Positions 38,933-50,100 of a stretch of 64,000 nt of DNA are shown one piece after another (position 1 is the first letter of the stretch; every line of letters starts with the position of its first letter). The notes under the pieces are model-generated. The model did not search any database. It was not told where the DNA came from and worked only from the letters and a program-made list of their open reading frames with translations. The position numbers and the translations under genes are program-made. Source of the DNA: Eledone cirrhosa (lineage: Eukaryota); NCBI GenBank assembly GCA_964016885.1, contig OZ024741.1, forward strand, positions 84,754,001 to 84,818,000, written 5' to 3'.

Positions 38933-41900
38933 ATTGTACAATAAGGAATTCTTTGTGAATTGATTTTGCAAATTGGCTTTTGAATCTATGATGAACTATC
39001 ATCTTTCACTCCTCTATTGACATTTACTGTGATAATGACCTTCTTGTAATGATATTCCCCTAATGGTGTTTATTCTGCCACTGATTTCAGAAAAAACACG
39101 AAATGCTGAATTTTCTCATTTCTCATCTGTAAATGTATGTTGTTTTTTTCTAATAAACATCTTAGATATTGTTAGGTTTCACAATAATTTTTCTTTCACT
39201 CAGAAACAGGCGACTTCTTTTAGAAAAAGGTAGAGCGTGTGGAAATAATTCTATTACAACCGGTTCATCCAGCTCCGCTATACTGTGTAGTTTTTTTTAA
39301 TGGATTGTGTAGCATGCTATATGAGATGCCGTTAACCCCTAGCAAAACTTCTTACATTTGGGGGAGGAAGAGCACTCTGGGAAGTCACCGATTCTGGAGG
39401 AGTGGGAGAAGGAAATGAGAGAACAATCGATCTTATTAATTGACTGTCATTTTATTTATTGACCATGAAGTGATGAAAAGTTACATTTTCCGCTGTGAGA
39501 TTAAAACTCAAAATGCAAAGACAGGTACCAATTACTCAAGAGTTATCTCTAATACAGTGGTAGGAAATTGAGTGACTGTCATAGTCTTACTCTTTGTTTT
39601 ATGGCTACAAAATTCGTGTTTGTTTCATCGCTGATACCCAACTGATAACATTTCATTGTTTATATGGCCAACAGTCAATTACCATTTTAGGCATCAACTG
39701 CGTTGGACTAAGCTGCTCTAGAATTTAAGATACGCATGTAATGATCCATCGCTGTTTTTCTTTTTTTTAAGTGAATTGCAGTTTGCTTTTGTAATAAAAG
39801 CAGAATCTTTGTGAAAGAAGCATTGGTGTACGTTATGACAGATATAGAGATGGCGTAGTACTGCCAAACTTTTGTTTCAATATGTAGTACTACCAAACCC
39901 TTTTTTTTAATATGTTTTTTAATATGTTTGATATGTTTTAATATGTTGGACTCTACAGGTCAATATGGCGATTAAACTGTGCATTTAATTTGAATGTTTC
40001 TACAAAATGAAATCCCCTAATTGTATCCTTTGGTGATGTTAAATAGGGTTTCATTATATGCTTACTACATCAATGCACAATGCCAATTATTTTACCCAGC
40101 TTCTTGTAGCATCTTACAATCCACTTTGTATAGTAATTGTCTCCCTTCTAGAACACATCATTAAATAGTTATCAAGAATTGTAAGACACAATCCTGATGA
40201 ATCCTGAAATTATGTTGTCCCATACATAATATAGCAAAGAGTATATAAATATGACACACGTTCTGAATGAGCTCAGACTTTAGAAAAAACGCCCCTGTGT
40301 AGTCGCTCGAAGTAGCATTTAAATGTCACTTATATCACATGCTACCGTCTTTAGCTATATACACTATATCCAAAACAAAAATATTTGATGATAACAAATG
40401 GAATTTGTTTAATCATAGGTCTGTCTCATAAAGGATTTAGGTTTATATGGATATCTAAATGTTGATGCAGCCGTAAGAGTACCGTAGCGATATCCAACAT
40501 GTCATGAGCAATTTAAAGTTAGTGGAACATATTACTTCCCCAGGTCTGATTACAGTTGAATTCTTCGAGAGAAGGAGAGAGAGAGTGTGACAGAGAGGGA
40601 ATGAGAAAGATATATAAAAGGAGAATCGACCCCCATTCTGGACTGGTACTCTTTATCGGACTCAAAAGGATCAAAAGCCAATTTGATGTCACTGGGACCT
40701 TGAGTTCAGAGGACAGAGAGCCGGGACAACTACAACAAAGCATTCTATAGGAGGTTCTGACGACCCGGCCAAATGTTTAAGTGTTGAGAAATTACTTGAG
40801 ACCTATTACAGGATAATAATAGTAATAATTAATAATAGTAATAATTAATAATTCACTGCATTTGTTTCCAGCTACTAAATTGTTCTCACAAGGCGACAGA
40901 GGACAACTGAAGTCTATAGAAGACGGTATTCCAAGAAATGAAATCTGCACATGATTCTGTCATTAATGTGCTATATCTCTGTTCTAAAGAGGACAACATT
41001 AACAAGAACAATTGCCTATATACGCACTAAAGACAATAGAATCACCCAAAAGAACAACGCAATACAAAAAAAATAACAAATGAAAATAGGAACACAGTTA
41101 TACAAGCGATACATTTTGAAGAAATAAAACGATCAGACGCAGAAAACATTGTTTTCATTGATCATTCCGTTTCTGATTGTATGTCAGAAGAATCAACGTG
41201 GAATAAAGTACGTTGCTCGACAACATGCCACACAATCCACAAATCGAACACAAGTCCTAATGATCTCGAGTTTAACAACCTAAATACTAGGCCAAGAGCC
41301 TCGCGAAGAGAAGGAGCCGATCATCACATCGAAGGAAGGAAACAAAGATTCCATTGGTCTTTCCATTGATGATACTTGTGGGCAGAATGGGCAACGTGAA
41401 ATAACGTATATTGCTCAAGAACACACCACACCTCCCTGTCCCCGTTTTATTAAAAAACGATTGCCTTAAATGACTACTTATGAATCAAACAATCGAAATT
41501 GTAATATCTCTGCACTAAAGACAACAACAGCAAAATCGAAAACAACAACAACGACAACAAAAACAGGAACTATTGCTTGAAAAATAGAAAGCATTAGCAA
41601 AGACTCTGATATATAAGTGATACATAAGTGTGATATATTCAATCGTGCATGTAAAATATGTGATGATTTATATTGGAACCTTGTCTCCTTTGAAAAAATA
41701 TGCTAGGAAATTGATCAGACTGATACAACTTCAAACAGCTATGATTATTGGGCCCTGAAAGTAAATATCACGTTTTCTCAATACTACGTTTCCCTTTTTT
41801 TCACACACACACACATACAGCACAGACGTACATGAATACGCGGACATATTTACACACTGTCATACGCATAAAGAAGCACGCAAACACACAAAAGTACATA

Positions 41901-42582
41901 CGAACATATATCTTCACACACAGAGTCACACACGTCAACATAAACGGGAACACCAAAGCACACGCGCAAACACAAATCCTTCACACATACACACAAACAT
42001 CCACTCACAGAGACACATACCATCACACAGACACACATATACCGGCTCACATGTTCACATACACCTGTACACAGACGTACACGTACATCCTCACACACAT
42101 ATACCCTCAAACACCGACACATAGACAGACACTCATGCAACCTCACATACACACATAAACAGGCACGTTTACAACCTCACACACAGACACACATAGAGTG
42201 GCACACATATACCATAACACACATATAGACAGATACACTTGAAACCTCATATACCCACACATAGATTATTTGTTCAAAATATGTAGTGTCAAATATTACA
42301 TTAACTACGTTTTTACCATATTTCTAATGAAGGACACTGTGAATGTCTTCAACAGTTTCATTGGCATATCTCTAATGAAAAAGGCTGTCTATGCTCTTGA
42401 CGTAAATTAGAAACCATTGTTGTTGTTATTTATACTGTGTATTGTGTTTTGGTTGGAATTATTGAAAAGAGTATCAAAGTAGCTATTGTTATTTACTTAC
42501 GAACATTTACATTCTGAATTCAATTTGTTCACGTTTTATAAACTAATGTTCGAGGAAAGTACTGGAATCGATTTAATCAAAA

Positions 42583-42680
42583 TTTCTTCTTCTTCTTCTT
42601 CTTCTTCTTCTTCTTCTTCTTCTTCTTCTTCTTCTTCTTCTTCTTCTTCTTCTTCTTCTTCTTCTTCTTCTTCTTCTTCT
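42583..42680. repeat. (TTC)n microsatellite
   Basis: Perfect trinucleotide run. Confidence 0.95.
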
Positions 42681-43710
42681 GAGAGGGTCATGGGGGCAGA
42701 GTCCTCAAACACCCTTCCAGTGGGACATGTCCGAAAGTCCCGATTGTATTCGCGAGTACTTTATTGATCTCCTAAATCCGATCGCAACAGTATCCTCTGG
42801 TGTACACGAGATGCATCTGGGAGCGGTGACTAATCTCTCGGAGGCTGAGGTCACAAGAGCAGTTAAATAGTTCAAATGTGGCAAGGACACTGGGGAAGAT
42901 GAAATCCATCTCGAGATATTAAAAGCCTTAAATAGTTGAGGCATTCTCTGGATGAGTCGTGTGTGCCGGGTGACCTGGATCTCTGGAAAGACATATAACC
43001 AATATCAATCGGGAGTGATAATCCCAATTTTCAAAAAGAGAAAGAAGAGAAATTGTTCCAATTACAGAAAGATCACCTTGTTAAGCCGCTCCGGTAAAGT
43101 CTATGCTAAGTGTCTGGCAAAGTTTGTCGAGCCCAAGCTAGCTGATCAACAGTGTGGTTTTCACCCCGGTCGCAGCAGTGCCGGCCAATTATTCACACTA
43201 CGGCAGGTCTTCGATAAATCGTATGAGGATTGCCAAGAGGTATATTCTTGTTTTGTAGACCTCGGAAAGGCATCTAACCGCGTTCCTCAGGACCTGCTGT
43301 GGTGGTTTTGCAGGAGTATGGGATTGATGGTCAACTTCTTGTTACCCTCACATCTCTATAGGAAGGCACGAATATTTGTGTTCGGATAAATCGTGCTAAA
43401 CCGAAACCACTCAATATGGGAGTAGGACTCCGCCAACGATGCGTAGTGTGACATCTCCTGTTCATTATTTTCATGAACAAGATTGACATGCACAGCTGGG
43501 TTGAAAGTGGTGTCATTACTGGCAGGAGTATAATCAGACGGCTGGAATTTGCAGACGACATGGTATTACTTAACTCAACAGGTGACCTCCGACTTTCATT
43601 TAATAGGTTTGATGCCGTGTGCTGCATGGCTGGAATAAAAATCAGTGCTGCGAAAACTGTGACAATCGTCCTTTCAAAGAAGCATGGGCAGTGCACTCTA
43701 CACGTGAATC
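42681..43710 (+). pseudogene. Decayed RTE-type LINE reverse transcriptase fragment
   Basis: IIPIFKK..CSNYRKITLLS, QQCGFHPGRSS..FTLRQ, CFVDLGKA and LEFADDMVLL across frameshifts. Confidence 0.85.
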
Positions 43711-44667
43711 AATATTTCCCTTCCCTCAGATTGCCTTGTGATTCAGTTAGTAACAATTTGCTATTTATTTTATAATTTGTATTTTCTGAACTCTTTTTCC
43801 CAATCTGGAATACACACTGAGAATAAAACCTTATCTCAAGTGTGTGTTGTCGAGGCGCGTGACTTAATTGCTAATGGGTTTGATTCTCGGCAGCATGTTC
43901 TATCATTGTGCAAAACATTTTATTTTACGTGGCTCCAGAGTACTGAGAGGGAAAATGAGTTGTACCAGTAATTAATTAGGGCCAACATTGCTAAACAATA
44001 TGTCACACTGAATCTCCCTAAAGTCTACGTCATGTGTACCCGTTTCTGTGGAGTGTTCATACACTCAGTTTAATATAAGATGGACTGTACATGTAATACA
44101 AAGGAGACAGACCTCTCGTATATTGTGTAATAACATGTTATTACAAGAGGGACTGTAGATGTGTTTCTAAAGGGCCAGCTTTGGTAGAAAATACATCAGG
44201 TCAAATCTCTTTGGGAACCACATTAATAGAAATGGGTCTGTGAAATTCTCAGCCACATGCAGGAACAACTGGAAGACTCGTCGTTGGAACCAGCGAAGGT
44301 CCATCAACACCAGTTTGTCAGTCTACTTATTCCTACTCCCACCAAAATTTAATGATAATCATCTAGGTTGTCTCTTAAATCATATGAACATAATCTCTTA
44401 TCTGATTATTCTTCTTCAAAGCGAGTTGGGGAATTCTTTAGTTGTTGTTGTTTGTTGTTGTTGTTCTTGGTAGTGGTGGTAATGATGTTACTGAGGTTGT
44501 TATTGTTGTTGTAGGTGGTGGTGATAGTGGTGCAATTCTTGCTGTTGTACCATTTAGCATTGGTTGTTGGTGGCGGTGATGGGCCTGTGGAGTGAAGTCT
44601 TCAACTATCTTGTTTTTTCTGGAACAATCTTTGTGCTTGAAGCACTACTATTGCTACAAATAATTTT

Positions 44668-44838
44668 TTCTACTTTAGGCACACGGCCAGCAATTACCCA
44701 GTACATTACTGATACTTTATTTTATCGACCCCGTAAGGATGAAAGGCAAAGTTAACCTCGGCAGGATTTGAACTCAGATCGTAAAGGGACGTAACTATGC
44801 TGGAAAGCATGGCGTCCGACCGTCTACCGATACTGCCA
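44668..44838 (-). mobile_element. tRNA-derived SINE (near-match inverted at 62092-62268)
   Basis: tttatcgaccccgtaaggatgaaaggcaaagttaacctcggcaggatttgaactcagatcgtaaagggac..gatactgcc. Confidence 0.8.
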
Positions 44839-44856
44839 ATAATAATAATAATAATG

Positions 44857-44889
<33 letters not shown>

Positions 44890-44905
44890 TATCTATATAT
44901 CTATC

Positions 44906-44948
<43 letters not shown>

Positions 44949-44953
44949 ATATA

Positions 44954-45502
44954 TAAGTATGTACACGTACATACATATATGTATACAGACGTACAGTAGT
45001 ATGTATATATATATACATACATGCACACATATATATATGTACGTATGGATTCACCGAACATTTATTATAATGCTCGGATTGTTGAACGTATATACTTACC
45101 TTATGCATATTAACGGCTGAGTAGCCCAATTTGCATATCGAGTGGGTTAATCGGCCGGGTGCACCGAAAACGTTTTCGGTGCACCCGGCCGATTAACTCA
45201 CTCGATATGAAAAATTAGGCTACTCAGCCGTTAATGTGCATAAGAAAAGTATATGCTTTCAGACGTTCAACAATGTGGCAGGAAATTATACGTTGCTGAC
45301 GATAGCTAATAAGCTTGAAACTAGTACAGCGTTCCTTTGTCAGTGTTGAACAAACGAGCAACGATGGTTGCTAGACACTACGGCTTAATACGGGATGTTT
45401 GTTTACAAACAAACCGAGCATTTTAATAAATGTTCGGTGAATCCATACGTACGTATATATATATGTGTGCATGTATGTATATATATATATACATACTACT
45501 GT
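44954..45502. mobile_element. Family B retrozyme-like fold-back copy
   Basis: Matches the 16087-17284 unit; perfect palindromic junction gcaccgaaaac|gttttcggtgc at 45171. Confidence 0.85.
45290..45332 (+). ncRNA. Type I HHR (family B)
   Basis: acgttg CTGACGA tagctaataagctt GAAA ctag TA cagcgt; stem I is still paired despite two substitutions. Confidence 0.85.
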
Positions 45503-46254
45503 AAACTAAGCCCCCATATTAACTGTAAAACTAGAAATATAGTATATAGCATAAGATGTACTGAAGGACAATGTAAAGATAAGAATATAGTGTACATAGG
45601 TGAGACAGCTCGTAGTATAGGAGAACGGATAAATGAACACTGGCGAGAGCTTCAAGATAGTAAAGAATCATCTGTACTCTACCAACATGCTAAAATAGAA
45701 CATAAGGGTAAATTAAAGAACATAGAAATAAAAATAGAATCTGCACACAGAAATGACGCAATGTTTAGACAAATCACAGAGGCAATAAACATAAATGAAC
45801 TCCAACCAAAATTAAATAGAAAGCATGAATGGAATAGCAACATCACAACTTACAATTAAGGACAAAATGAAAATACACACACACATAGAACAAACAACCA
45901 ACCAGTAACATGTAAATAAACAAATAAATAAACAAATATAAACACACACAGACACCCGGATGTAACACATGCGCAAACTAAGCACACAACACACACAAAA
46001 ACAAGATGGCGTAGGACAGAACAAAGGAGAGGCAGAATAACAAAGAAAAGAATCCCCAGTCACTGAAGAGGTCACATAATGTGTGACGAAAGAACTTTGA
46101 CAATATATGAACAATCGTCTGGTTGTGGAACCAACCAACCAACCGGAAATTTATAAATTTATAAATTTATAAATTTAATTTATAATAAATTGAAGTGAAA
46201 GCAACTGGTGTGTGTGTTTCTTATTGGCAACATGACCCTCCCAAAGTATAACAA
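45498..46254 (+). mobile_element. 3' fragment of PLE P1 (GIY-YIG in frame to 45859, pLTR, HHR 46059-46101)
   Basis: CKTRNIVYSIRC..YIGETARSIGERINEH..RQITEA..LNRKHEW; near-identical to 4137-4868. Confidence 0.9.
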
Positions 46255-46344
46255 TATATATATATATAACGAAGGAAATGTGGTAAGGAACCATATGGAC
46301 CATAACGCATCAGAGGACTCAATACTTAGGGTAGTAGAGTGGGT

Positions 46345-46452
46345 AATAGGGAAAAGTATGACCCCGACGGCACAGCTCAAGCCGTTTCGACTGTCCAGAA
46401 ATAGCCGTCGAAAAGGCTTGAGCTCTGCCGTCGGGGTCATACTTTTTCCTAT
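46345..46452. repeat. GC-rich hairpin (~47-bp arms)
   Basis: ataggg aaaagtatgaccccgacggcacagctcaagccgtttcgac pairs with gtcgaaaaggcttgagctctgccgtcggggtcatactttttcctat. Confidence 0.85.
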
Positions 46453-46563
46453 ATTATATATATATACATACATATATGTGGACATATATACATATATGCA
46501 TACGAATATATATCTGTGTTGGCGGGAGGCGGGTATGAGAGAGTGCTATACATTCTTCCAAGC

Positions 46564-46638
<75 letters not shown>

Positions 46639-47079
46639 CGTGTGTGTGTGTGTGTGTGTAAACATTAACCGAAAAAAGGTTTGAAGCGATAAGTATATAT
46701 CGATCTCATTCCGGCCATTCCTCTTCTTTTCTCTTTTCTCCTCCCCCTCCTGCTGAGAGAGAGGGGGAGAGAGGAGGGAGAAAGAGGGGGAGATAGAAGG
46801 TGAGATTGGAAATCGCGCTGAAATATATTTAAGGGTCTGTTTTCTCCTTTTTCCCCCCCTTTTCTTTGATTCTTCAAAGTGGCATTATTGAGAAAATGAG
46901 AGGGACAATTCTTTTTAAAAACGTGTTTTATAATGTATATAAAGTATATAAAGTATTACCGGTTTCGATGTATTAGTAAAATTCATCTTTTAAAAGCTAA
47001 AATTTAAAGATTTAAAACTAAGTCATGAGCTAAGCATCTTCCTTGTTGAGAAGAAGACTTTTATATATATATTTGTATG

Positions 47080-47114
<35 letters not shown>

Positions 47115-47495
47115 GTGTATGTGTGTGTGTGTGTCTACGTGCATATGTATCCGTATAGAGATTTTACAGTAAACTTAAGGTAGATATAACACTACTTTTT
47201 CATTTAGAGCTTTTCACAAAGTAATTATTTAAACTATTCATCCCCTATACTAAAAAATGACAGATTATAGTTACACATACATTTCAGATATTATAGTATC
47301 CTTTTAAGAACAGCTACGCCCATGATTCCGCGCAAGGGAGATTATTGTTAAAACGATGATTTATACCATGAAGCATATAGTGATAACTTGAATTATTCAA
47401 TATATTTTGCATGATGTGCACAATTTTGGTGATGCAATTAAATAAATAATAAATGTTCATCATGAAATACTGCGTATATTCGTTTAAAATGTTAA

Positions 47496-47543
<48 letters not shown>

Positions 47544-47545
<2 letters not shown>

Positions 47546-50040
47546 GAGAACAGAGTCAGTCAGTATAAACAGAACCGCATGTTCGACAACAACCAGAAGA
47601 TGCTGTTTGGACAGCTTGAGGGGAAAGAAAGAGGCAACGACTTGATCCCTGGGGCGGAACAAGCTAAAACATTCTGGAGAGGTATATGGGAGCAGGATGT
47701 TAGACACAATGCCCAGGCAGGGTGGATTGAGACAGTACAGAGGGAGATCGGTGAGCAGGCACAGCAACAGACTGATTTGAGTATCACAGCCGAAACTCTT
47801 AAGGGGCAAGCCAAAAAACTAACCAACTGGAAATCACCAGGCCCAGATGGTGTGCAGGGGTATTGGATTAAACATTTAACATCCCTCCACCCGAAGCTGA
47901 CGGCCATGTTCAATGACTGCTTGGTGTCGGGTGAGGTGCCAGAGTGGTTGACAAAAGGTACCACAGTTCTGATAATGAAAGACCGAATCAAGGGTAATGA
48001 TGTTACCAACTATAGACCTATCACATGTCTGCCCGTAATGTGGAAACTGTTGACGAGCATTGTGTCTGAGGAAATCTACCATCACCTCCACACAAACAAC
48101 TTGTTGCCGGACGAACAGAAAGGATGCCGAAAGAAGTCACGTGGTACAAAGGACCAGTTGCTTATTGATAAGATGGTAATGGGGAATTGCAGGAGGAGAC
48201 ACACTGATCTTGCCATGGGATGGATAGACTACAGAAAGGCATTTGACATGGTGCCTCATTCCTGGATCACCAAAAGCCTGGAGATCTTCAGGGTGGCAGA
48301 TAACATCAGACAGTTGCTGGGCAGGAGTATGGGGTCCTGGGAGACAGAGTTGACATCAACTGGAGTATCCTTGGGAAGCGTGAAGATCAAGAGAGGTATC
48401 TTCCAGGGAGATAGCCTGTCCCCTCTGTTGTTTGTCCTTGCCCTGATGCCCTTGACCATTATGCTGCGAAAAGTGAGAGCAGGATACAAGTTGGGAAGGG
48501 GAGAGCTTACCATCAATCACCTCCTCTTCATGGACGATCTTAAGCTCTTCGGGAAAAGTGAGAAGGAGTTGGATGTGCTTGTTGACACTGTCCGTATTTT
48601 CAGCAGTGATATATGTATGCAGTTTGGTATTGGTAAATGTGGAGTCATTGTGATGAGGAGGGGTAGGTTGAGCAGAAGTAACGGGATCCAGATACCAACA
48701 GGTGAGATGATAAAGGAAATTGACTCTGAGGAAGGATACAAGTATTTGGGCGTTCTGGAGGCTGATGGCATACAGAACAAAAAATTGAAGGAATTGTTAA
48801 GAACTAAATACATTCGGAGAGTAAGGAGCGTATTGAAGTCACATCTGAACAGCAGAAATGCCATAAGCGCAGTAAATTCCCGAGCTGTGTCTATTATTAG
48901 GTACAGTGCGGGAATTCTGAGATGGAATGTTGCTGAACAAAAAGAAATGGATAGGAAGACTAGGAAGCTATTGACTATCTACAACATGTTCCACAAGAGG
49001 AGTGATGTCGATAGACTCTACCTAAGGAGATCTGAGGGTGGAAGAGGTCTTATCAGCATAGAGGACTGTGTTCAGATGGAGAAAAACAACCTATACAAAT
49101 ACGTGACCTATAGTAAGGAGCCAATGCTCAGAGCTGTACTGAAGGAGGGGACAGTAGGCCAGGGGATATCCAAGGAGGAAATAACATCAAGGAGGAAGAG
49201 CAGCCTTAAGGGAAAATCCCTTCATAGTACCTTCTTTGAGAAAACTGAATTTAGAGATCCACAGACATGGAACTGGTTGAGAAGAGGAGACCTCAAAAAG
49301 GCTACAGAAGGAATGCTAATGGCTGCGCAGGAGCAGGCCCTCAAAACGAAGTGGTTGAAGCCCCATATCTACAAGGAGGAGGCTAGCCCACTGTGCAGGA
49401 TCTGTGGAGAGAGAGAGGAGACTGTGGCTCACATTGTGTCCGAGTGTAAACACCGAGCCCAGACCCACTATAAGGGCTGGAGACACGATGTGATGGGCAG
49501 GGTGATCCACTGGCACCTGTGCAAAGTAAACAATCTACCACATTCTGAGAAATGGTATGAGCATAGGCCAGAGGCGGTGATGGAGAACAGTCAGGTGAAG
49601 GTGCTGTGGGATTTTAGGATACAGACGGACAAAAAACTGGAACACAATAGACCTGACCTGGTGGTTGTGGACAAAGAAAAAAGATCGTGCCTGATTGTGG
49701 ATGTGGCCTACCCGTTCGACACGAGAGTGCAAGAGAAGGAGAGGGAGAAAATTAACCGATACCAGGACCTAAAGTGGGAGGTGAAAAGGATTTGGAACTG
49801 CCATGAAGTCAAAGTGATCCCGATTGTCATAGGCGCACTGGGGACTATCTCCAAAGGTTTCCAGGGATGGTTAAAGAAAATCGGCCCCTTCACGCTTTTT
49901 GGAACGCTTCAAAAGGCATGCTTGCTTGGAACGGCAAGAACCCTCCGATACGTCCTGAATATCTGAGGCTGCAGGTAGTGGCTTGATATTCAATCCAACG
50001 GACTTTCCAGTTAACCAACATCAATGACTGAGATTCAAGG
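47544..50040 (+). mobile_element. 5'-truncated Dong/R4-type non-LTR retrotransposon inserted in (TAA)n
   Basis: RT + CCHC + RLE ORF; (AAT)n on both sides (47497-47543, 50041-50077). Confidence 0.9.
47579..49966 (+). CDS. RT / restriction-like endonuclease (5'-truncated, open 795 aa)
   Basis: WKSPGPDG, NYRPITCL, IFQGDSLSPLLF, FMDDLKL, CRIC..H..C, RHD, RPDL..IVDV..EREKINRY. Confidence 0.92.
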   Translation: MFDNNQKMLFGQLEGKERGNDLIPGAEQAKTFWRGIWEQDVRHNAQAGWIETVQREIGEQAQQQTDLSITAETLKGQAKKLTNWKSPGPDGVQGYWIKHLTSLHPKLTAMFNDCLVSGEVPEWLTKGTTVLIMKDRIKGNDVTNYRPITCLPVMWKLLTSIVSEEIYHHLHTNNLLPDEQKGCRKKSRGTKDQLLIDKMVMGNCRRRHTDLAMGWIDYRKAFDMVPHSWITKSLEIFRVADNIRQLLGRSMGSWETELTSTGVSLGSVKIKRGIFQGDSLSPLLFVLALMPLTIMLRKVRAGYKLGRGELTINHLLFMDDLKLFGKSEKELDVLVDTVRIFSSDICMQFGIGKCGVIVMRRGRLSRSNGIQIPTGEMIKEIDSEEGYKYLGVLEADGIQNKKLKELLRTKYIRRVRSVLKSHLNSRNAISAVNSRAVSIIRYSAGILRWNVAEQKEMDRKTRKLLTIYNMFHKRSDVDRLYLRRSEGGRGLISIEDCVQMEKNNLYKYVTYSKEPMLRAVLKEGTVGQGISKEEITSRRKSSLKGKSLHSTFFEKTEFRDPQTWNWLRRGDLKKATEGMLMAAQEQALKTKWLKPHIYKEEASPLCRICGEREETVAHIVSECKHRAQTHYKGWRHDVMGRVIHWHLCKVNNLPHSEKWYEHRPEAVMENSQVKVLWDFRIQTDKKLEHNRPDLVVVDKEKRSCLIVDVAYPFDTRVQEKEREKINRYQDLKWEVKRIWNCHEVKVIPIVIGALGTISKGFQGWLKKIGPFTLFGTLQKACLLGTARTLRYVLNI

Positions 50041-50100
50041 AATAACAATAACAATAATAATAATAATAATAATAATGATTTCTTTATTAACCACAAGGGT

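Noticed and set aside
40190-40225. CTGATGA..GAAA motif
   Set aside because: No stem II or stem I pairing possible
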